The notes beneath the pieces are model-generated. The model was not told the origin of the DNA and searched no databases. It saw nothing but the letters and a program-made list of their open reading frames with translations. Shown piece by piece: positions 56,099 to 64,000 of a stretch of DNA of 64,000 nucleotides; the stretch's first letter is position 1, and the number at the start of each line of letters is the position of its first letter. The stretch is taken from assembly GCA_013150915.1 (NCBI GenBank), contig JAADJE010000112.1, positions 318 to 64,317 on the forward strand, written 5' to 3'. A program made the position numbers and the translations under genes. This DNA comes from Gammaproteobacteria bacterium. Lineage in GTDB: Bacteria; Pseudomonadota; Gammaproteobacteria; BMS3Bbin11.

Positions 56099-56527
56099 CT
56101 AGCATTGCTCCCACGGCAGGCCATCAAACCGCCAGCCGTTCAGGCTGCTGCGTTTATGTTTGTCATTGAGATCTCCTTCGAAGCCGCTTTTGACATGGTA
56201 GACGTTGGTCATACCGTCTTCGATTAATTTTCGGCCGGCTTCAAGGGAGCGAATACCGCTACGGCAGATCAGTATTATGGGTGCGCTATGCAGTTCATCA
56301 CTGCGGATAACGCCCCCGAGCAATAATTTTCGTATATCTACCGTAAAGTTCTCGTTCACCTTCCAGTCCGGTTCATCAATCCAGGAGACATGCACGGCCC
56401 CTTCCGGGTGACCAACAAACAGGTATTCCATGCTGCTTCGAACATCAATTAATAGAGCGCGGGGATCATCATCCAGCATCCTGGCGGTTTCTTTCGGGCT
56501 GAGGGGTTTAACTTCTCTATTTTTCAC
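56099..56527 (-). CDS. Single-domain rhodanese-like sulfurtransferase
   Basis: LIDVRSSMEY...ILICRSGIRS (the active-site Cys loop). Confidence 0.8.
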   Translation of the reverse strand: MKNREVKPLSPKETARMLDDDPRALLIDVRSSMEYLFVGHPEGAVHVSWIDEPDWKVNENFTVDIRKLLLGGVIRSDELHSAPIILICRSGIRSLEAGRKLIEDGMTNVYHVKSGFEGDLNDKHKRSSLNGWRFDGLPWEQC

Positions 56528-56600
56528 AGCACATCCTTTTTTGTCCTGTTATTTCTACCGAATATATCAGCCTATGTACTGGATGGGGAGAATCTTTTTC

Positions 56601-57206
56601 TTAATATGCCCTGAACTGCCCGACAATTCGGCCCTGTATGCTGACGCGGTCTGCTGAGTAACGAAATGCCTGCATGGACTGATTGGAAGGTATCAGGCTA
56701 ATACTACCGTCCTGATTATTTTTAATACGTTTCAGTGTGGCTTCTTCCCTGTCTATCAGTGCTACGACGATTTCATTATCCCGCGCAGTCTGACAGCTTT
56801 CCATGATCACCATGTCACCATCAAAGATACCGTCGTCGATCATTGAATCACCCTGCACACGCAGCACAAAGCGACCGGGCCGCACAAAAAATTCATTCAG
56901 GTTGATGGTTTCCTGATCTTCGATGGCTTCTATCGGCATGCCGGCGGCAATGGTTCCAGCCAGTGGGAGCGAATTCTCGTCAATACGGGTAGCGTTGCCG
57001 TTGTCCACCACCGCAATGCCACGAGAGCGACCAGTCGTCACCTGGATTAGATTTTCATTTTCCAGTGCCCGGACATAACGGTGCACCGTACCGCGGGATC
57101 TTATCCCCAGGTGGTCACCAATTTCCTTAAGTTTTGGCGGGTATCCCTTATCATCAATAAAACTGTGGATGAAATTAAGGGTTTGCCGTTGTCGGTCAGT
57201 TAGCAT
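56601..57206 (-). CDS. lexA: LexA repressor
   Basis: N-terminal wHTH, the Ala-Gly cleavage site (IAAGMP), and Ser/Lys in the peptidase S24 domain (GDSMID...KRIK). Confidence 0.92.
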   Translation of the reverse strand: MLTDRQRQTLNFIHSFIDDKGYPPKLKEIGDHLGIRSRGTVHRYVRALENENLIQVTTGRSRGIAVVDNGNATRIDENSLPLAGTIAAGMPIEAIEDQETINLNEFFVRPGRFVLRVQGDSMIDDGIFDGDMVIMESCQTARDNEIVVALIDREEATLKRIKNNQDGSISLIPSNQSMQAFRYSADRVSIQGRIVGQFRAY

Positions 57207-57210
57207 ATAC

Positions 57211-57229
57211 TGTTCTCAATCTGTTCTCA
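57211..57229. promoter_or_regulatory. Direct repeat GTTC-N7-GTTC (minus-strand GAACAGATTGAGAAC) immediately upstream of the lexA start; candidate SOS box
   Basis: Read directly; the canonical CTGT-N8-ACAG is not present upstream of lexA or recA. Confidence 0.35.
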
Positions 57230-57286
57230 TCCAGAATACGTTAATGTACAGGAAATTGCAAGACAACATCAAGATTACATCCTTCT

Positions 57287-57805
57287 ATGATTATGAAAAA
57301 CACGGTAGATAGGCCATTGGAAGCGTTAGCGGCAAAGATTGGAGATGCTCTGTTGTCGCGTTGTGAATTCCTGGTCACTGCGGAATCCTGTACCGGTGGA
57401 TGGGTGTCCATGCTTGTCACTTCTATTGCGGGCAGTTCGGCCTGGTTCGATCGAGGCTTTGTCACCTACAGCAATGAAGCCAAGCAGGAAATGCTTGCTA
57501 TCAACAGGCAGGTTATTGAAATACACGGTGCCGTCAGTGAAGAAACAGCCCGACATATGGTACAGGGGGCGGTAAGAAACAGTCATGCACAGGCCGGTTT
57601 GTCAGTCACCGGGATTGCCGGCCCGAGCGGAGGCAGTGTTGAGAAGCCAGTGGGTACGGTGTGTTTTGGCTGGTTGTTTGATACCCAGTGTCAAACAGAG
57701 ACCTGCTATTTTTCAGGTGATCGTGAGGAGATAAGAGAGCAATCTGTGTGTCATGTATTGGGCGGAATGTTAGCCCGACTTGAAAGAGAGAGTGATCGTG
57801 GCTGA
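57287..57805 (+). CDS. pncC: NMN amidohydrolase PncC (CinA C-terminal domain protein)
   Basis: LVTAESCTGGWVS, GIAGPSGGS, 172 aa. In the conserved position upstream of recA. Confidence 0.88.
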   Translation: MIMKNTVDRPLEALAAKIGDALLSRCEFLVTAESCTGGWVSMLVTSIAGSSAWFDRGFVTYSNEAKQEMLAINRQVIEIHGAVSEETARHMVQGAVRNSHAQAGLSVTGIAGPSGGSVEKPVGTVCFGWLFDTQCQTETCYFSGDREEIREQSVCHVLGGMLARLERESDRG

Positions 57806-57815
57806 AACAGGAGAA

Positions 57816-58367
57816 ATGAATATGAGATCAGATCCAGAACCAGATTCGGGCAGGCGTTTGTTTCTTGCTTGCTGGCCGGACCAATCCCTGCAGAAATTGT
57901 TGTACGACCTGGCACGCCGTTTACAGCTAAAGCACGGTGGACGAAGGACTGAAAGAGAGAATATTCATCTCACCCTGGTGTTTCTCGGCCAGGTGCACCA
58001 ACAAAAAGAGCAGCAGCTGAGGCAGCGACTGCGATTGCTGGACATAAAGCAATTTGATCTGGAACTTGATCAGGCAGGCAGTTTTACACACTGTAGAATA
58101 AACTGGATAGGCCCCAGTATTTTACCGCCGAGATTGAAAGAGCTGCATTCCGTCCTAAAGCGGATTAGCCACGAATTAGGTTTTCATACCGAACAGCACT
58201 CTTACCGTCCCCATATCAGTTTGTTACGAGATTCCCACAGCAAAACCGAGCACGCGATTAAACCCGTGAAGTGGAAAGTGAACAAATACTGTCTGATTGA
58301 ATCAAGAAAAAAACGAGAGGGCATGGAATACAAAGTAATAGAGGAATTTCCACTAGCAGAAGATTAA
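57816..58367 (+). CDS. thpR: RNA 2',3'-cyclic phosphodiesterase ThpR (2H phosphoesterase)
   Basis: Two H-x-T/S-x motifs: HLTLVFLG and HISLLR. Start placed at the MNMRS/MRS after the pncC stop. Confidence 0.8.
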   Translation: MNMRSDPEPDSGRRLFLACWPDQSLQKLLYDLARRLQLKHGGRRTERENIHLTLVFLGQVHQQKEQQLRQRLRLLDIKQFDLELDQAGSFTHCRINWIGPSILPPRLKELHSVLKRISHELGFHTEQHSYRPHISLLRDSHSKTEHAIKPVKWKVNKYCLIESRKKREGMEYKVIEEFPLAED

Positions 58368-58417
58368 TTATGTCCACGGGTGTGGGCACGTATGTCATAA
58401 TCCAGAGGAGAATTAAC

Positions 58418-59482
58418 ATGGATCAACCAACAACGAGTATCAAAATGGACGATAACAAAACAAAGGCACTTAGTGCAGCACTGAGTCAGATAGAACGCCA
58501 GTTTGGAAAAGGGGCCGTTATGCGGCTGGGCGATGGTGCCGTACAGAACATCGAAGCGATACCTACGGGTTCGCTGGCACTGGACAATGCCCTGGGGATA
58601 GGTGGCCTGCCCCGTGGTAGAGTGGTGGAAATTTATGGCCCGGAATCTTCCGGTAAAACGACCCTCACCTTACAGGTCGTTGCAGAAGCACAAAAACTGG
58701 GCGGCACCTGTGCTTTTGTAGATGCCGAGCATGCGTTGGACCCATCCTATGCTGAAAAAATCGGTGTGGATGTTGATAATCTTCTGGTATCTCAGCCTGA
58801 CACCGGTGAACAGGCGCTGGAGATCACCGACATGCTGGTCCGTTCTGCAGCGGTTGATATCGTTGTCATCGATTCCGTTGCCGCACTGACGCCAAAGGCA
58901 GAAATTGAAGGTGATATGGGCGATCACCACGTTGGCCTCCAGGCCAGGTTGATGTCACAGGCCCTACGCAAGCTGACGGCCAACATCAAGCGATCCAATA
59001 CCCTGGTGATCTTCATTAACCAGATCAGGATGAAAATCGGTGTTATGTTTGGTAATCCTGAAACCACGACAGGGGGTAATGCCCTAAAGTTTTACTCATC
59101 AGTACGTCTTGATATTCGGCGTATCGGGGCAATCAAGAAGGCCGATGAGATCCTTGGCAACCAGACCCGCGTTAAAGTTGTGAAAAACAAGGTTGCACCG
59201 CCTTTCAAACAGTGTGAATTCGATATTCTTTATGATGAAGGTATCTCACATGAAGGTGAGCTGATTGACATTGGTGTTTTACACAACATTGTCGATAAGG
59301 CAGGTGCCTGGTATGGTTACGGTAAGGAGCGTATCGGACAGGGCAAGGATAATGCCCGGCAGTATTTGAAAGATCATCCTGAAATAGCAGCAGAGATAGA
59401 AGAAAAACTTCGTATTGCCATGGGCATCACCAAATCAGATGATGTTGTAGAAGAGGTGGCTGAGGCAGCAGAAGCTGAATAA
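58418..59482 (+). CDS. recA: Recombinase RecA
   Basis: [24 protein letters not shown], Walker [10 protein letters not shown], acidic C-terminus. Start at 58418 with a GAGGAG SD (58445 is also possible). Confidence 0.95.
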   Translation: MDQPTTSIKMDDNKTKALSAALSQIERQFGKGAVMRLGDGAVQNIEAIPTGSLALDNALGIGGLPRGRVVEIYGPESSGKTTLTLQVVAEAQKLGGTCAFVDAEHALDPSYAEKIGVDVDNLLVSQPDTGEQALEITDMLVRSAAVDIVVIDSVAALTPKAEIEGDMGDHHVGLQARLMSQALRKLTANIKRSNTLVIFINQIRMKIGVMFGNPETTTGGNALKFYSSVRLDIRRIGAIKKADEILGNQTRVKVVKNKVAPPFKQCEFDILYDEGISHEGELIDIGVLHNIVDKAGAWYGYGKERIGQGKDNARQYLKDHPEIAAEIEEKLRIAMGITKSDDVVEEVAEAAEAE

Positions 59483-59525
59483 ACGGCCTTATACTCCTAC
59501 CCTTAAAGATGTCAGACGGCGTGCC

Positions 59526-59951
59526 ATGGACTTGTTGGCACGTCGTGAACATGGCGTTGCCGAACTTTCTCGTAAACTAAAAACAAAAGGTTTTGATCCT
59601 GTACTGATCGAAGAAGCCATTCAGGGCTTGGTTAGAGACAATCTTGTTTCCGACCAACGTTTTTGTGAAAGCATGATTTATTCCCGCTTTAATCGAGGGC
59701 ATGGGCCTGTCAGGGTGCGCTATGAATTACGCAGGAAAGGTATAGCGGATCAACTTATAGAGCGTGTGATGGATGTACTGGCACCCGACTGGCAGCAGGC
59801 GCTGGTAGATCTAATTAAAAAAAAGTATGACGGCAGCCTATCTGGGACTCCCGCAGAACGCGCAAAAAAGGTAAGATTCCTCTCCTCCAGAGGCTTTCCG
59901 CAGGAGTTGATATTTATTGTTATGCGGGATGCGAATATTGATCAGGATTAG
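59526..59951 (+). CDS. recX: Recombination regulator RecX
   Basis: Helical-repeat protein just downstream of recA ([16 protein letters not shown]...); 141 aa. Confidence 0.8.
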   Translation: MDLLARREHGVAELSRKLKTKGFDPVLIEEAIQGLVRDNLVSDQRFCESMIYSRFNRGHGPVRVRYELRRKGIADQLIERVMDVLAPDWQQALVDLIKKKYDGSLSGTPAERAKKVRFLSSRGFPQELIFIVMRDANIDQD

Positions 59952-59968
59952 GGTGTATCTGCCAGGGT

Positions 59969-62572
59969 ATGAAAAGCAGTGAAATAAGAAAACAGTTTCT
60001 TGGGTATTTTGCCTCAAAGGGACATGAAATTGTGGCAAGCAGTTCGCTTGTGCCCACCAATGATCCCTCGTTGCTATTTACCAATGCGGGTATGGTGCAG
60101 TTCAAGGATGTCTTCCTTGGCAACGAATCGAGACCCTATCACCGTGCGGCCAGTTCTCAGCGTTGTGTACGTGCTGGTGGAAAACACAATGACCTCGAAA
60201 ATGTTGGCTATACCGCTCGTCATCACACCTTTTTCGAAATGCTCGGCAACTTTAGCTTCGGTGATTATTTTAAACGGGATGCCATTGTCTATGCCTGGGA
60301 GTTTCTCACCGACGTCATGAATATCCAGGAAGACAGGCTCTGGGTCACCGTTTTCGAGGAGGACGAGACAGCAGAAAATATCTGGTTGAATGAGATTGGA
60401 ATCAATCCGGAACGTTGCCTGCGTATCGGCGCCAGGGACAACTTCTGGTCTATGGGGGATACCGGCCCCTGTGGGCCCTGTACTGAAATCTTTTATGACC
60501 ATGGCCCTGAGATAAAAGGTGGCCCCCCTGGTTCACCGGACGAAGACGGTGATCGATATGTTGAAATCTGGAACCTGGTCTTCATGCAGTATGACAGGGC
60601 GGCTGATGGCACACTAAACGATTTACCTAAACCCTCTGTCGATACAGGTATGGGCCTGGAACGTCTGGCAGCAGTACAGCAGGGTGTCACCAATAACTAT
60701 GACATCGATCTCTTTAAGCGCCTTGTCGCTGAAGCAGGAAAAGTCACATCCTGCGAGGTGCTGGACAATAAATCCTTACGTGTCATAGCAGATCATATAC
60801 GTTCTACCTCATTTCTCATCCTCGATGGTGTAGTGCCGTCAAATGAAGGGCGGGGTTATGTGTTGCGGCGCATAATACGACGTGCCGTTAGGCATGGGCA
60901 CCTGCTTGATACTAAAGGTGCTTTTTTCTATAAACTGGTTGGGCCTTTGGTGGATGAAATGGGGGAGGCCTACCCGGAGCTTGTGAAGGCACAGACGATC
61001 ATCGAGTCCGTACTGAAAACTGAAGAAGAGCGTTTTGCTGAAACTCTGGAGGCAGGGATGGGTATTCTCAATCAGGCCATTGCCGAGATGGAGGGTGACG
61101 TTATCGATGGAACTACGGCCTTCCGTCTTTATGATACCCACGGTTTCCCACTTGACCTAACCGCAGATATTGCCAGAGAAAGAGGGCTGACAGTTGATCA
61201 ACAGGGTTTTGAAAACGAAATGGAGAAGCAACGCCAGCAAGCGCGTTCTTCAAGTCGATTTTCAACAGTAGAAACTAGCCGGCTACGGGTTGAGGGGCGT
61301 ACTGAATTTACCGGTTACAATCAACTTGAGGGGACAGCAAATATTGCGGCGATATATCAGGATAATGATGCGGTAAGAGAGATAATAGAAGGCGATGCCG
61401 CTGTCGTAATCCTCGACAAAACACCTTTTTATGCAGAGAGCGGCGGTCAGACCGGTGATAGTGGCCAGCTTTTAGCCGGTAAAGCGATTTTTGACATTAA
61501 AGACACAAAGAAACTGAATGAGAATATTTTTGGCCACATTGGACGACTACGCTCAGGTGTATTAAAAGTAAACAGTCCAGTCGTTGCAGAGGTCAATACA
61601 GAACAGCGACAAAAGACTGCGCTTAATCACTCAGCGACACATCTGATGCATGCTGCACTGAAATCAGTACTTGGTGTTTATGTTGAGCAGAAAGGTTCTC
61701 TAGTAAACAGTGATTATCTGCGTTTTGATTTTTCGCATTTCAGTCCCCTTAGTGAAGGTGAAATCAAACAGATTGAAAACCGGGTGAACACAGAGATTCG
61801 GGCAAACCGGACTGTGCATACCGATGTGATGGCAATTGACGAGGCAAAAGCAGCGGGTGCCGTAGCCCTGTTCGGGGAAAAATATGGTGATGAAGTAAGG
61901 GTTGTCCGTATGGGGGATTTTTCCATGGAATTATGCGGGGGTACACATGTTTCCCGCACCGGTGATATCGGCCTTTTTGTTATTCGTAGCGAATCTGGTG
62001 TTGCTGCGGGTGTACGGCGTATTGAAGCGCTGACAGGGGATACTGCAATACAATATTTTTCAGAGCGAATGGCTACGCTCAATAAAATTTCTGCAATGCT
62101 TAAGGGCAATAGTGCCAATATCGAAGAAAAAATACACAGCCTCCTCGACAGACTTCGAGAGATTGAGAAAGAGAACAACCGACTAAATGATAAACTGGCC
62201 TCATCCAGTGGTGACGACATAGCGTTAACTGTCATCGAAGTTGAAGGGGTGCCGGTGGTGGCCAGTATCATGGAAAATGCAAATGCCGATACCATGCGCA
62301 AAACAATTGATCAGCTGCGCAGCAAACTGGGCAGTGTTGTTGTCGTGCTGGGTGCAAGCAATGGAGAAAAGGTATGTTTTATTGCAGGGGTATCACCCGA
62401 TTTGACAGATCGTATTCATGCAGGAAACCTGATTCGTGCCGTTGCAGAAATTGCCGGTGGGCGTGGAGGTGGCAGACCGGACATGGCTCAGGCAGGTGGC
62501 AGCAAACCTGAAAAACTCAAGGAAGCCATAGCAACGGTGAAAGAGTTGGTTGCCGCTCAGCTGCAGTCCTGA
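59969..62572 (+). CDS. alaS: Alanine--tRNA ligase
   Basis: [31 protein letters not shown], editing domain [13 protein letters not shown]-terminal DHHA1. 867 aa. Confidence 0.95.
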   Translation: MKSSEIRKQFLGYFASKGHEIVASSSLVPTNDPSLLFTNAGMVQFKDVFLGNESRPYHRAASSQRCVRAGGKHNDLENVGYTARHHTFFEMLGNFSFGDYFKRDAIVYAWEFLTDVMNIQEDRLWVTVFEEDETAENIWLNEIGINPERCLRIGARDNFWSMGDTGPCGPCTEIFYDHGPEIKGGPPGSPDEDGDRYVEIWNLVFMQYDRAADGTLNDLPKPSVDTGMGLERLAAVQQGVTNNYDIDLFKRLVAEAGKVTSCEVLDNKSLRVIADHIRSTSFLILDGVVPSNEGRGYVLRRIIRRAVRHGHLLDTKGAFFYKLVGPLVDEMGEAYPELVKAQTIIESVLKTEEERFAETLEAGMGILNQAIAEMEGDVIDGTTAFRLYDTHGFPLDLTADIARERGLTVDQQGFENEMEKQRQQARSSSRFSTVETSRLRVEGRTEFTGYNQLEGTANIAAIYQDNDAVREIIEGDAAVVILDKTPFYAESGGQTGDSGQLLAGKAIFDIKDTKKLNENIFGHIGRLRSGVLKVNSPVVAEVNTEQRQKTALNHSATHLMHAALKSVLGVYVEQKGSLVNSDYLRFDFSHFSPLSEGEIKQIENRVNTEIRANRTVHTDVMAIDEAKAAGAVALFGEKYGDEVRVVRMGDFSMELCGGTHVSRTGDIGLFVIRSESGVAAGVRRIEALTGDTAIQYFSERMATLNKISAMLKGNSANIEEKIHSLLDRLREIEKENNRLNDKLASSSGDDIALTVIEVEGVPVVASIMENANADTMRKTIDQLRSKLGSVVVVLGASNGEKVCFIAGVSPDLTDRIHAGNLIRAVAEIAGGRGGGRPDMAQAGGSKPEKLKEAIATVKELVAAQLQS

Positions 62573-62617
62573 GCTGCAGACAACAGACAAGTATTACCAG
62601 GATGAAAATAAATAACT

Positions 62618-63841
62618 ATGTCAATCATCGTTGAAAAATATGGCGGAACATCCGTTGGCAGTATTGAACGCATCAATGCCGTAGCCGAGAAAGTATCAAA
62701 AAGTTATGCGGCAGGAGACCAGATGGTTATCGTTGTCTCTGCAATGAGTGGCGAAACCAACCGTCTGCTTGAAATGGCAAAAGAAATTAACCCTCATTTG
62801 CCCGCCAGAGAAGCTGATGTCCTGGTTTCTACCGGGGAACAGGTGACCATTGCACTGTTATGTATGGCCCTGATAAAACGTGGCCTTCAGGCCCGATCCT
62901 ACACCGGTGGCCAGGTTCGAATTGAAACGGATACATCTCATGGTCGGGCACGTATACGCAATATTGACGACAGCCGTATAAGAAGAGACCTGGATGAAGG
63001 CAAAATCATCGTTGTAGCCGGTTATCAGGGTGTGGATAATGAGGGTAATATCACCACTCTTGGACGAGGTGGCTCGGATGTCTCCGCCGTTGCCCTGGCA
63101 GCTGCTCTAAAAGCCCTTGAGTGTCGTATTTATACCGATGTTGATGGGGTATACACAGCTGACCCACGAATCGTTCCAGAAGCACGTAGAATGGATGAGG
63201 TGACCTTCGAGGAAATGCTCGAGTTGTCTAGCCTGGGTGCAAAAGTATTACAGATTCGTTCAGTTGAATTTGCCGGAAAATATAAGGTACCGTTACGGGT
63301 GTTAAGTTCATTTGAGGACGGGCCGGGTACATTGATCAGCTATGAGGTGAAAAGAAATATGGAAAGGGCAGTTATTGCAGGTATTGCACACAATGCGGAC
63401 GAGGCTAAACTGACCATCACAGGTGTGCCTGATCACCCGGGCGTTGCCCACACGATATTGGGGCGGATCGCAAAAAAGGGGATCAATGTCGATATGATCA
63501 TCCAGAATGTTGCAGCGGACAAAACTACGGATTTCACCTTCACTGTCCCCAGAACAGACTATGAGAATGCAAAGACCCTATTGAAAAAGGTATCAACTGA
63601 ACTTGCTGCCAGGGGCGTCACAGGGGATAACACCATTGCCAAGGTTTCAGTCGTCGGGGTAGGTATGCGTTCACATACGGGTGTTGCAGACCTTATGTTC
63701 GCGACATTAGCACAGGAGGGTATCAATATTCGAATGATCTCAACGTCAGAGATCAAAGTTTCAGTCATTATTGATGACAAGTATACAGAATTAGCTGTCC
63801 GCGCACTGCACAAAGCCTTCGAACTTGATCAAAAAAAATAA
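62618..63841 (+). CDS. lysC: Aspartate kinase with C-terminal ACT domains
   Basis: VEKYGGTSVGSIERI, VVSAMSGETNRLL, two ACT repeats. 407 aa. Confidence 0.92.
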   Translation: MSIIVEKYGGTSVGSIERINAVAEKVSKSYAAGDQMVIVVSAMSGETNRLLEMAKEINPHLPAREADVLVSTGEQVTIALLCMALIKRGLQARSYTGGQVRIETDTSHGRARIRNIDDSRIRRDLDEGKIIVVAGYQGVDNEGNITTLGRGGSDVSAVALAAALKALECRIYTDVDGVYTADPRIVPEARRMDEVTFEEMLELSSLGAKVLQIRSVEFAGKYKVPLRVLSSFEDGPGTLISYEVKRNMERAVIAGIAHNADEAKLTITGVPDHPGVAHTILGRIAKKGINVDMIIQNVAADKTTDFTFTVPRTDYENAKTLLKKVSTELAARGVTGDNTIAKVSVVGVGMRSHTGVADLMFATLAQEGINIRMISTSEIKVSVIIDDKYTELAVRALHKAFELDQKK

Positions 63842-63949
63842 ATAAAACTGGTTTTTTCAAAAATATTGATTATCTTTATTACGGGGGGCGGAAGCTTCAC
63901 GGAAGAGCCGTAATGGTTGAAATATAGTGATCAAGGAGATTGTGACAAA

Positions 63950-64000
63950 GTGCTTATATTAACAAGACGCACAGGTGAGACATTAAATATCGGGGATAAC
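63950..64000 (+). CDS. csrA: Carbon storage regulator CsrA (5' end only; runs past the window end)
   Basis: GTG start with an AAGGAG SD at 63933; it translates to MLILTRRTGETLNIGDN, matching the CsrA N-terminus. Confidence 0.8.
   Translation, partial: MLILTRRTGETLNIGDN

Noticed and set aside
57207-58417. Canonical gammaproteobacterial LexA box (CTGT-N8-ACAG) upstream of lexA, pncC or recA
   Set aside because: Not found on either strand, which is why I flag the GTTC-N7-GTTC repeat instead.
61714-62301. 195 aa minus-strand ORF
   Set aside because: Inside alaS on the opposite strand; Ser/Ile-rich low complexity.

Overview
This 64 kb window looks like a chromosomal segment from a gammaproteobacterium. 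Gene content suggests a sulfur-metabolising lifestyle. The housekeeping gene order is typical of Gammaproteobacteria: cnoX/ybbN-like, an Rrf2 regulator with iscU, truD, purU, fumC, rmlCD, yoaA, ppk, dapB, then further on tRNA-Leu(CAG), rnr-rlmB, tag, sixA, lexA, pncC-thpR-recA-recX-alaS-lysC-csrA. About 60 protein-coding genes are supportable. Beyond housekeeping there is a Cache/GAF/HD-GYP c-di-GMP phosphodiesterase with an adjacent sensor-only Cache protein. There is a LolA-like/ABC/FtsX/outer-membrane-barrel export operon. There is a propionate (methylcitrate) operon in which prpB and prpC are fused in one ORF and a Cys-type NAD-formate dehydrogenase (fdsBA) sits between prpBC and prpD. The most unusual part is a roughly 12 kb accessory locus at about 20.7-32.5 kb. 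It encodes a PAS-LuxR regulator, three small DsrE/DsrF/DsrH-like proteins, an ArnT/PMT-like GT-C glycosyltransferase, a YeeE/TusA thiosulfate-uptake pair, two tandem paralogous small membrane peptides, a gene fragment of an FAD oxidoreductase, a B12-binding radical SAM enzyme, a radical SAM/SPASM enzyme translationally coupled to a membrane GT2, a periplasmic two-domain rhodanese and a DUF1858 redox protein. Two copies of a 22 bp palindromic operator-like motif lie in promoter regions of this locus. I propose it as a candidate undescribed sulfur-linked peptide or lipid glycosylation and radical-SAM modification system. No CRISPR array, transposase, integrase or rRNA was seen. Short heptanucleotide tandem repeats occur immediately after two stop codons.
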